This document shows positions 24,687-32,000 of a stretch of 32,000 bases of DNA, in pieces. Origin of the DNA: Nostoc sp. (GTDB lineage Bacteria; Cyanobacteriota; Cyanobacteriia; Cyanobacteriales; Nostocaceae); the NCBI RefSeq assembly GCF_036917435.1, contig NZ_JBALDM010000037.1, forward strand, positions 69,175 through 101,174, read 5' to 3'. Both the position numbers and the translations under genes were made by a program. Numbering within the stretch: position 1 is the first letter of the stretch; the number at the start of each line of letters is the position of its first letter. A model generated the notes under the pieces. The model was not told the origin of the DNA and did no database searches. It worked only from the letters and a program-made list of their open reading frames with translations.

Positions 24687-24936
24687 GAGTCGGCTCCTTG
24701 TTGAGGTCAATATTATCAATTACTGGTAGAGAATGTCCCAGCTTTAACCCAAGCAAAATCCAGTCTTCTAGTATTGAGCGTAATTCATCCTCACACTCGC
24801 GCAAAGTTGATGCAAAGGCTATCACTCCTTTGCAAACAGGAATCCTACCTGCAAACGTACCATCTTTGAGCTTGTCATAAATTGCCTGAGCGATCGCTCG
24901 GTCAACATAATCGCTCAGAATAAACCTTATGGCCAT
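24664..24936 (-). CDS. hicB: HicB-family antitoxin-like protein
   Basis: 90 aa. FAGRIPVCKGVIAFASTLRECEDELRSILEDWILLGLKLGHSLP fits the HicB/UPF0150 fold pattern. Overlaps the hicA-like frame. Confidence 0.6.
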   Translation of the reverse strand: MAIRFILSDYVDRAIAQAIYDKLKDGTFAGRIPVCKGVIAFASTLRECEDELRSILEDWILLGLKLGHSLPVIDNIDLNKEPTLEPIDTL

Positions 24937-24989
24937 GAAGTCTCGTGTTGTGCTACCAGTTTAATCTTACATTTAACCCTCAGTTTTTC

Positions 24990-25044
24990 TTAGTCCGTGG
25001 AGGTGGACTAAGCCTATATAGGCGTGAATTCTATTCGCTTGGGC
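24990..25044 (-). repeat. Solo arm of the same MITE family as 4450..4624
   Basis: The reverse complement gcccaagcgaatagaattcacgcctatataggcttagtccacctccacggactaa aligns to 4471-4521 (gggcgaatataattcgctactatacaagcaaagtccacctccgtagactaa). Confidence 0.55.
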
Positions 25045-25132
25045 TATAAAAGCAACAAATTGCGCCATCCACGATTAAAATCAATTTGCTAAGGTACTCA
25101 GCTAAATTAATATTCTGGAGTTTTGTGACTCT

Positions 25133-25729
25133 GTGCTTACTCAGTTACCAACTATTAACGTCCTAAAACAGCCCACTAGCTCTGCTTGGGTTGAACAAGC
25201 GATCGCTAACTTAGACATCATCTTACTCGATCACTCCCACTGTGAACGCAAAGCAGCAGGCGTGGCTTTGAACATGATGTTTCGCTACCCTTCCAATACT
25301 AAAATGGTTCGGGAATTAACTGCGATCGCCCGTGAAGAACTAGAACACTTTGAGCTAGTTAACCAATGGTTAGAACGCCGGAACATTCCCTTAGCTCCTT
25401 TACCCCCACCTCCCTACGGCGCAGGTTTAAAGGCTCAAGTTCGCCCTAAAGAACCTGAGCGATTTTTGGATTCCTTACTAGTCACTGGTTTAATCGAAGC
25501 TCGCTCTCACGAACGCCTGGGGCTATTAGCTGCTCACTGTCCAGAACCAGAGCTAGCAAAATTTTATCGGGGGTTAATGGCATCCGAAGCGCGTCACTAC
25601 GGTATATATTGGGTTTTAGCTGCTACTTATTTCGACAAAGAAATTGTCATGCAACGGCTTGATGAATTAGCAATTGTCGAAAGCGAGTTGCTGGCGACTT
25701 TGCACTCAGAACCAAGAATTCACAGTTAG
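25133..25729 (+). CDS. miaE: tRNA-(ms2io6A37) hydroxylase MiaE (di-iron)
   Basis: LLDHSHCERKAAGVALNM, EELEHFELV, GLIEARSHERL and ASEARHYGIY iron-ligand motifs. GTG start. Confidence 0.85.
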   Translation: MLTQLPTINVLKQPTSSAWVEQAIANLDIILLDHSHCERKAAGVALNMMFRYPSNTKMVRELTAIAREELEHFELVNQWLERRNIPLAPLPPPPYGAGLKAQVRPKEPERFLDSLLVTGLIEARSHERLGLLAAHCPEPELAKFYRGLMASEARHYGIYWVLAATYFDKEIVMQRLDELAIVESELLATLHSEPRIHS

Positions 25730-25747
25730 TAGATTAAGGTAACAGAC

Positions 25748-26152
25748 ATGAAGCTTCAGTTAACACACCTGAGACTGCTTGTATCCAACTACAAAGATTC
25801 TTTTCTGTTCTACCGGGATCTGCTAAAATTTGATGTCGATTGGGGCGATGAAGATAGCGGATATGCTGAGTTTAATACCGGATATCTCAAGCTGGGTTTG
25901 TTCAAAAAAGAATTAATGTCTGAAGTAGTTCCAAGAATTGAACAGCCTTCATACGTCGTGAATCGAGATAAGATTGCCTTAATTTTCGCAGTCGATAACG
26001 TAGATGAGGTTTATCAGCAAGTAAAGAGTCAGAATGCGATCGTTGTGACTGAACCACAAGATCGTTCAGACTGGGGAATTCGCACGGCTCATTTTCGCGA
26101 TCCTGATGGCAATCTTATCGAAATCTACAACAATCTCGGAATTATTAGTTAA
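25748..26152 (+). CDS. VOC/glyoxalase-bleomycin resistance family protein
   Basis: 134 aa. C-terminal HFRDPDGNLIEI motif typical of the VOC fold. Confidence 0.75.
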   Translation: MKLQLTHLRLLVSNYKDSFLFYRDLLKFDVDWGDEDSGYAEFNTGYLKLGLFKKELMSEVVPRIEQPSYVVNRDKIALIFAVDNVDEVYQQVKSQNAIVVTEPQDRSDWGIRTAHFRDPDGNLIEIYNNLGIIS

Positions 26153-26340
26153 AAGTTTACTCTTAGTTTGATTTATTATTACCCGATTCATATAAATAGG
26201 GGACATATTTGCAATACGTCCCCCTAGAAGTTTTAGGCATTTATAACCTTCTAAATTTTTGGTCATTACAGCACTTACTGCTGCTATGAAGTACAGATAC
26301 TTGGGATGCTATTAGTATTCTGTCAAGCTAGTAATAAAAA

Positions 26341-26396
26341 GTTTGTAGTAAGCACTTTAGTGCTTAGAAAATAAGGACTGAAGTCCTTACTACGAA
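26341..26396. repeat. Double-hairpin dispersed repeat
   Basis: gtttGTAGTAAGCACtttaGTGCTTAgaaaaTAAGGACtgaaGTCCTTACTACgaac. Confidence 0.7.
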
Positions 26397-26537
26397 CTTT
26401 CTTACCCAACTATAAGCACAGAGCAAGGATAATTCTATCAATTAGTGTGCCTCATAACTTTGGGAAGTGCTGTAAAGCTAGAATAATGTTTAATTACAGT
26501 TCTAATCAGACTAGCTTCAACTATTCAGGTTCACTGT

Positions 26538-27152
26538 TTATGTAGATGCTGGCTTTTTCTTCAGGACTCTATTCACAAAACCAAGAACCAGCAAACCAAA
26601 AATTGCACCAGGTTCAGGAATAGCAGTTGCAGTCAACTTACCCCCAAGATCCAACCTACAGTTTGGGTATGTATTGCATACTTCTGGTGAAAGGTCATCC
26701 TTCAAGAATATTTTAGCCGTTGGTAATCCTTGTTCGGCATTTAGATAAGTATAAAAATCTAAACCTGTCACATCAGTTGCAAAGTCAATTCCTAAATCAA
26801 AACCATTAGTTGCGTCAAAGTTGCCAGTTTGTAGAACAGTCTTTGTGACTGGATCAAAGTTGAAATTAAAACTGCTATCCGATTGCGGAAAATTGTAGTT
26901 AAAAGTTTGTAACAATGTTCCCTGTGGGTTGAAGAAAGAAATAGCAAAATCAGTCAGTTGATCCTTGGTAACAATACTTCCCAGAAAACTATCATCATAG
27001 CTGAACTCCCCCTTAGCTGAATAGCCTTTATCTCCTAGCCAATCAAGCTCAAAAGAAGCAGCATCAGCACTGGGAGCTTGAATTAAACTAGCCATAGAGC
27101 TAAAAGCAACAACAGCTACAGTAGCTTTGATTTGGTTACGAATGCTTTTCAT
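26538..27152 (-). CDS. PEP-CTERM sorting-domain secreted protein
   Basis: Start moved to MKSIRNQIKATVAVVAFSSMASLIQAPSADA (signal peptide). C-terminal IPEPGAIFGLLVLGFVNRVLKKK is a PEP-CTERM anchor. Confidence 0.8.
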   Translation of the reverse strand: MKSIRNQIKATVAVVAFSSMASLIQAPSADAASFELDWLGDKGYSAKGEFSYDDSFLGSIVTKDQLTDFAISFFNPQGTLLQTFNYNFPQSDSSFNFNFDPVTKTVLQTGNFDATNGFDLGIDFATDVTGLDFYTYLNAEQGLPTAKIFLKDDLSPEVCNTYPNCRLDLGGKLTATAIPEPGAIFGLLVLGFVNRVLKKKPAST

Positions 27153-27682
27153 TTTCTTGGTATTTGATATCGTAGTTAACTGCAAAATTTTCATCAGCAT
27201 TGCAATCAATACTGATTATTCCTTCAAAATGTGAACTTTAGAAACTTAATTCATGTACCTTGTTAGGCACTCTAAAAGGCAGCATAATCTATGCTAGTTG
27301 GCTTAATTCCTCTTATAAATAGAGGTTTTAGGCTCTGGAAATGACAATAAACTATGACCTTTGTTATCCGATTTGTTTCTGAAAAACCTTCAGGGAAATT
27401 GTATCACTTAGATTCCAATTAATCATGATATTTTTTGGTTACTTTTTCATATAAAAATATCAAAAAGCATAATTTATTCTCAGAGGATTATATTTATTTA
27501 AATTAAACAAATCTTTAAGTCTTCTTAATCAAGTGTTGCTCTATTGCCAACATACAAGCATTTTTTACTTTATATAACTTTATCTTTTGTTAACTAACCC
27601 TAAATTAAATAAAGCATTACCCAAAATTAATCAAAATCAAATATTTTCTCTTCAGCATTATGTAAGTAACCAAATCATCCTC

Positions 27683-28987
27683 ATGACATTCTCAAGACGT
27701 AAATTCTTTGCAATAGCAGGTACAACTGCTGTCGGCACCTTGATGGTGTCTCCTTTAGAAGGTCTGCTTGCCAGAAAAGCTTTTGGACAAAAACTTGGTA
27801 AAGGATATGGGCCACTTTTTCCAGGTGCTGATGGGATTTTAGAAGTACCAAGGGGATTTCAGTATCAAGTTATATCTCGCACAGACACCCTAATGAGCGA
27901 TGGGAATCTAGAGCCTAGTAATCATGATGGGATGGCAGCCTTCCCTGGGCCTAAAAACACAACAATCTTGGTTCGCAATCACGAACTTAGCATCACTTCT
28001 AGTACAAAAGTACAAGTGCTAAATCCCTACGATCCGATTTGCAGAGGTGGCACTACAACCTTGGTTGTTGGGCCCAATCGCCAGCTGATAAAACAGTTTG
28101 CCTCTCTCGGTGGAACCATTCGTAACTGTGCTGGTGGTTTAACTCCTTGGGGTTCGTGGATTAGCTGTGAAGAAGATGTCACTATACCAACTGCAACAAA
28201 CGGAGTTACTAAGCCACATGGTTATAACTTTGAGGTTCCAGCTAGTGCCACTTCTCCTGTTCAGCCATTACCTCTAGTTGAAATGGGACGATTTAATCAT
28301 GAGGCTGTAGCTGTAGATCCTAAAACTGGGATTGTTTATCAGACTGAAGATAATGGGAGTAGCCTCTTCTATCGCTTTATTCCAAAACAGTATGGCAATT
28401 TAAAAGCAGGAGGCACTCTCCAAGCTTTGAGGATTAAGAATAGACTAGAGGTTAACACCATTACCGGTTTCGTAGTTGGAGAGAAATGGGATGTAGATTG
28501 GGTAACTATTCCTGACCCAAACCCCACTACTGTAGATAATGTTAGAGTGCAAGGCCGGACTTTAGGTGCAGCGCGGTTTAGCCGAGGGGAAGGCATCTGG
28601 TATCACAAAAAAGGCAAAGGCGAATTTTACTTCACTGCAACAAGTGGTGGCCCTGTAGGTGGTGGTCAGGTCTGGCGCTACATTCCGGGTGAAGAAACAA
28701 TTGAATTATTTGTCGAGTCTCAATCTAAAAATGAACTCGATATGCCTGACAACATAGTTGTGGCACCTTTTGGCGATCTGATTCTCTGTGAAGATGGAGA
28801 TGGTGAAAATTTCTTAAGAGGTGTGACTCCTAAAGGCGAACTTTATAATTTTGCACGCAACGCTTTCAATGATAGCGAGTTCGCTGGTGCTTGCTTCTCA
28901 CCTGATGGTCAGACTTTATTCGTCAACATTCAGACCCCTGGTATTACTTTAGCTATTTGGGGCCCTTGGAATAGTAATAGAGGCTGA
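27683..28987 (+). CDS. phoX: PhoX-type alkaline phosphatase (DUF839), Tat-exported
   Basis: Start moved to MTFSRRKFFAIAGTTAVG (twin-arginine signal). NHDGMAAF, NCAGGLTPWGSWISCEE, GRFNHEAVAVDP, FSPDGQTLFVNIQTPG. Confidence 0.85.
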   Translation: MTFSRRKFFAIAGTTAVGTLMVSPLEGLLARKAFGQKLGKGYGPLFPGADGILEVPRGFQYQVISRTDTLMSDGNLEPSNHDGMAAFPGPKNTTILVRNHELSITSSTKVQVLNPYDPICRGGTTTLVVGPNRQLIKQFASLGGTIRNCAGGLTPWGSWISCEEDVTIPTATNGVTKPHGYNFEVPASATSPVQPLPLVEMGRFNHEAVAVDPKTGIVYQTEDNGSSLFYRFIPKQYGNLKAGGTLQALRIKNRLEVNTITGFVVGEKWDVDWVTIPDPNPTTVDNVRVQGRTLGAARFSRGEGIWYHKKGKGEFYFTATSGGPVGGGQVWRYIPGEETIELFVESQSKNELDMPDNIVVAPFGDLILCEDGDGENFLRGVTPKGELYNFARNAFNDSEFAGACFSPDGQTLFVNIQTPGITLAIWGPWNSNRG

Positions 28988-29004
28988 TTTTAGTTGTAAT
29001 CTCA

Positions 29005-29049
29005 ATTCAGCGATATAGTAGCCCGCCGCACGCTACTATATCGCTGAAT
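29005..29049 (+). terminator. Perfect 18-bp hairpin downstream of phoX (no T-tract)
   Basis: attcagcgatatagtagc (29005-29022) / gctactatatcgctgaat (29032-29049), with a 9-nt loop. Confidence 0.4.
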
Positions 29050-29214
29050 CATGGTTGTTGAGCAGACAAGGGAAGGGGAAAATAATTCCTCTTCCCTTGT
29101 CCCTTTATTGATACCTTGAGAGTGCCGCCTAAAATCAACTCTGCAAGAATTGCTATTTGCTGGGTAAATTGGGATATAGAACCAGAAAATTTTCTGTGTA
29201 AACTTGACCAGCAA

Positions 29215-29712
29215 ATGGTAATGAAAAACTATTATCAAGATTTTATAATTCGTGATTGGGTTGCAAGCGATCGCACAAGAGCCGCGGAAGTCATCAGTTA
29301 TGTATTATCAGAATACGGTATCGGTTGGGAACCAAAGGGCGCTGACCAAGATGTGCTGCGAGTCGAGGAATGTTATTTGGCTACTGGGGGAGAGTTTTGG
29401 GTAATTGAACACCAAAGCCAGTTAGTAGGAACTGGGGCATACTACCCCATACACCGAGGTGAAAAAGCTGTAGAAATCCGCAAAATGTATCTTTTGCCCA
29501 GCATTAGGGGTTTAGGATTAGGGAAATATTTGTTACAACAGCTAGAAGCAGCGATCGCAAACCGTGGTTTTCACGAAATTTGGATTGAAACCGCCAGCGT
29601 TCTGGTGGAAGCAGTCAAGCTGTATGAAAGCAACGGCTACACACCAGCAACAGGAGTAGAAACACCACGCTGCGATCGCGTGTATTTTAAGTCATTAGTC
29701 ATTGGTCATTAG
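29215..29712 (+). CDS. GNAT family N-acetyltransferase
   Basis: Start moved to ATG 29215 (or 29221). Acetyl-CoA motif VEIRKMYLLPSIRGLGLGKYLL. The last six codons (SLVIGH) and the stop lie inside a heptamer array. Confidence 0.8.
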   Translation: MVMKNYYQDFIIRDWVASDRTRAAEVISYVLSEYGIGWEPKGADQDVLRVEECYLATGGEFWVIEHQSQLVGTGAYYPIHRGEKAVEIRKMYLLPSIRGLGLGKYLLQQLEAAIANRGFHEIWIETASVLVEAVKLYESNGYTPATGVETPRCDRVYFKSLVIGH

Positions 29713-29806
29713 TCATTGGTCATTGGTCATTGGGCATTGCTCATTTCATTGGTCATTAGACATTAGCTAACGACAAATGACAAGTGACTAATGACAAAGG
29801 ACAATT
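29691..29806 (+). repeat. STRR2-type heptamer array (GTCATTG/GTCATTA x about 11) plus degenerate 7-nt periodic tail
   Basis: gtcatta gtcattg gtcatta gtcattg gtcattg gtcattg ggcattg ... then acaaatg acaagtg actaatg acaaagg acaattc. Confidence 0.9.
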
Positions 29807-30489
29807 CTAAAATGCACCCTTGGATTAAAAATCTCACAGGCTTACTCAATCTTTTTCTCCAATCTCATTGCCCTCTATGTCAACGCGCAACTTCCCAAGA
29901 ATTTTGTCAGAACTGCACCAGACAACTGCAAAAATGTCAACGGAAAGACCAGATTTCTCTATGGAAAGAGCCAATACCAGTGTTTGGCTGGGGAGAGTAT
30001 GGTGGCCCAGTTAAACGAGCGATCGCGGCGATGAAATACGAAAATCAACCCCAAATAGCTCGCCCCTTGGGTCAATGGTTAGGAGAAGCATGGTTGTTAA
30101 ATTCACCAAGGGGAGATAGCCAGCCTGTGGTAGTTCCTATTCCAATGCACCCTCGCAAGCAAAAGCAACGTAAATACAATCAAGCTGCACTAATAGCACA
30201 AAGCTTCTGCGAAATAACTGGATTAAAATTGAAACTAAACGGTTTAGCCAGAGTGCGAGAAACTGAAGCGCAATTTGGCTTATCGGTATCTAAACGAGAA
30301 AAAAACTTGGCTCAAGCTTTTGCTGTTGGACAAGAATTTCGCGATCGTCCTCCAAATGTTCCTGTGCTGTTAGTGGACGACATTTATACTACTGGTGCTA
30401 CTGCCAGGTCTGCTGTGCAAACACTTCGTCAGTATGGAATAGTGGTCTTAGGATTAGTAGCAGTAGCCACTGCCGTCAAAGACGGATAA
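29791..30489 (+). CDS. comF: ComF family phosphoribosyltransferase-fold protein
   Basis: N-terminal Cys pairs CPLC...CQNC. PRT motif VLLVDDIYTTGAT. Start ambiguous: ATG 29791 lies in the heptamer tail, alternative ATG at 29812. Confidence 0.8.
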   Translation: MTKDNSKMHPWIKNLTGLLNLFLQSHCPLCQRATSQEFCQNCTRQLQKCQRKDQISLWKEPIPVFGWGEYGGPVKRAIAAMKYENQPQIARPLGQWLGEAWLLNSPRGDSQPVVVPIPMHPRKQKQRKYNQAALIAQSFCEITGLKLKLNGLARVRETEAQFGLSVSKREKNLAQAFAVGQEFRDRPPNVPVLLVDDIYTTGATARSAVQTLRQYGIVVLGLVAVATAVKDG

Positions 30490-30576
30490 ATCCAGACTTC
30501 ATGAGTTAATTTGAACATATAAACGTATAAATTGACTGAATCACCCTATTTTTATGGAAAAAATTGCTTGAAATGT

Positions 30577-31032
30577 ATGAATAAAGTTTTTGCGGCGGGT
30601 TTAAAACAACTCATGATTATTCCTGCCACATTGCTGGCAATAGGTATAAGTACAAGTGCAGCTTTTGCTCAAAATAAGTTGTATAGTCCAATTCCTTTAT
30701 CTAACAGTACTGAAATTACTGATACTCTCTCAGATAAAGACATTCCCACAGGTCAAGGTGGCTTTGCTCGTGATTATACTGTGAAGTTACAAAAGGGTGA
30801 TAATTTAGCAGTTGACCTGTCATCGGAAAACTTTGACAGCATCATCACACTGCTAGCACCTGATGGTTCAACTCTGGCAGAAAATGATGATGGGCCTGAT
30901 GGTACTAGCAATTCTCTACTGTTTACCCGCATCGTAGAAACAGGGAATTATGTTATTCGTGTCCGGTCTTTTGGAGAAACTGGGGTTGGGGCTTTTAAAC
31001 TCAAGGTGACAAAGCTGCAACCGATTAAGTGA
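30577..31032 (+). CDS. Secreted protein with pre-peptidase C-terminal (PPC) domain
   Basis: Start moved to [31 protein letters not shown] (signal peptide). [29 protein letters not shown]...NDDG...YVIRVRSF fits the PPC pattern. Confidence 0.7.
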   Translation: MNKVFAAGLKQLMIIPATLLAIGISTSAAFAQNKLYSPIPLSNSTEITDTLSDKDIPTGQGGFARDYTVKLQKGDNLAVDLSSENFDSIITLLAPDGSTLAENDDGPDGTSNSLLFTRIVETGNYVIRVRSFGETGVGAFKLKVTKLQPIK

Positions 31033-31137
31033 ATTGGGGATTGGGGATTGGGGATTGGGCATTGGGCATTGGGGATTGGGCATTGGGGATTGGGCATTGG
31101 GCATTGGGCATTGGGGATTGGGCATTGGGCATTGGGC
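31033..31137 (+). repeat. STRR1-type heptamer array, exactly 15 units (ATTGGGG/ATTGGGC)
   Basis: 105 nt of uninterrupted 7-nt periodicity, starting one base after the PPC gene stop codon. Confidence 0.95.
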
Positions 31138-31147
31138 AGCAGTTATT

Positions 31148-31205
31148 CTCCCTCATCTCCCTCATCTCCCTCATCTCCCCCACTCCCCACTCCCTACTCC
31201 CCCAC
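31148..31205 (+). repeat. CT-rich tail: CTCCCTCAT x3, then CTCCCCCAC/TCCCCAC/TCCCTAC units
   Basis: The 9-mer is repeated at 31148, 31157 and 31166, then degenerate 7-mers follow. The tail ends 3 nt before the cobS stop codon. Confidence 0.9.
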
Positions 31206-31208
31206 ATT

Positions 31209-31982
31209 TTAAAAAACGGTCATTACGCAGAGAAATAAGGCTTCAGTCCACTCGACGACTGCGCCGTAGGTGTCTCCGGTGTGTCCGCCTAATTTGTGGT
31301 TGAACCATGCACCGGTTAGAGTGGCGATCGCACTTCCGGCTATTATCATTCCTAGTGCGAGAAATAATTGCTGTTTATCTATCAGCACAAGTAAACCACT
31401 CAAACCCAACAGCAAAAGCAATCCTGGCAATAAATCTTTGTAAGAACGAATGGCTTGCTTGTGAAATGCACCTTTGCCAGTTGGTTTGAGATAAGGATAT
31501 CGCGCGATCGCTACCTGTTGTCCCCAACGTCCCCAGCCACAAGCAGCCATCAATAATAAACAACGGTTTTCTGGCATATCTGTTAAGGCTGTGATTTTGA
31601 GCAGGACTAAGGCGATCGCAGTCATTGCCCCAAATGCACCCGTAGCACTATCTGCCATCACCTCCAGCCGCCGTTTTGGATCGCCCACTGCCAAACCATC
31701 GGCGGTATCCATTGCCCCATCTAAGTGCAGTCCTCCAGTTATGGCAATCCAAACACTTACTACCAAAGCACTACGAGTTAACACTGGCATACCAAGATAA
31801 TCCATCCCCGCATCCAGTAACCCTAAAATTCCCCCAATCATTAACCCTACAAGCGATGCAAGACGCGCCACTCCCTGAAAGTCTAATCCGTTAAAATACG
31901 GCAATGGAATACTTGTGTAAAATATAATACTAGCTGCCAGCCTTAACAGCAGCTTTTTCCACCACTGTTGCTGTTTCGTCAT
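31209..31982 (-). CDS. cobS: Adenosylcobinamide-GDP ribazoletransferase (cobalamin synthase) CobS
   Basis: 257 aa, polytopic. [11 protein letters not shown] and [13 protein letters not shown] motifs typical of CobS. Confidence 0.85.
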   Translation of the reverse strand: MTKQQQWWKKLLLRLAASIIFYTSIPLPYFNGLDFQGVARLASLVGLMIGGILGLLDAGMDYLGMPVLTRSALVVSVWIAITGGLHLDGAMDTADGLAVGDPKRRLEVMADSATGAFGAMTAIALVLLKITALTDMPENRCLLLMAACGWGRWGQQVAIARYPYLKPTGKGAFHKQAIRSYKDLLPGLLLLLGLSGLLVLIDKQQLFLALGMIIAGSAIATLTGAWFNHKLGGHTGDTYGAVVEWTEALFLCVMTVF

Positions 31983-32000
31983 CTGAGTTACATTAATATT

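Noticed and set aside
26066-26266. 66-aa minus-strand ORF overlapping the 3' end of the VOC gene, and the 78-aa ORF 29002..29238 overlapping the phoX hairpin and the GNAT 5' region.
   Set aside because: Both overlap supported genes or structured non-coding DNA and have no recognisable motifs.
27498-27531. Pho-box-like TTAA-core repeats upstream of phoX (ATTAAACA, TTTAAGTC, CTTAATCA).
   Set aside because: Only one of the three matches the PyTTAAPyPy(T/A) consensus well. Core spacing is 12 and 10 bp rather than 11. TTAA is expected often by chance in this very AT-rich spacer. It is plausible but not supportable without comparative footprints.

Overview
This window looks like chromosomal DNA from a filamentous, Nostocales-like cyanobacterium. 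The basis is seen directly: the HIP1 palindrome GCGATCGC is very dense (ten copies inside smc alone), there are several STRR-type tandem heptamer arrays (ATTGGGG/ATTGGGC, TTGGTCA-like, GATTTTG), and there are small palindromic dispersed repeats and MITE-like hairpins. About 27 protein genes are supported. Housekeeping genes: PRC-barrel protein, smc, RNase D-like exonuclease, DUF485 + actP, M50 protease, miaE, a VOC protein, phoX, GNAT, comF, cobS. An envelope-lipid cluster holds a split MprF (synthase gene and flippase gene) with two paralogous esterases between them. An accessory stretch at about 18.8-25.0 kb holds an exported tandem Tudor-like protein, an apparently intact IS607-type element (serine recombinase tnpA + tnpB), a STAND NB-ARC/TPR NTPase, a complex direct-repeat array and a hicB/hicA pair. 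No rRNA, tRNA or CRISPR array was found. The points most worth follow-up are: (1) the STAND NTPase is separated from its N-terminal helical module by one in-frame TGA, right next to the IS607/TnpB element; (2) the split MprF-plus-esterases locus, possibly an aminoacyl-phosphatidylglycerol synthesis and turnover module; (3) smc carries three repeat-derived in-frame insertions, including the same 30-nt palindrome read in two different frames; (4) heptamer arrays supply start codons, stop codons, uORFs and peptide tails to neighbouring genes; (5) an AT-rich, HIP1-free orphan gene of 468 codons. All functional calls come from motif recognition by eye. No database search was possible.
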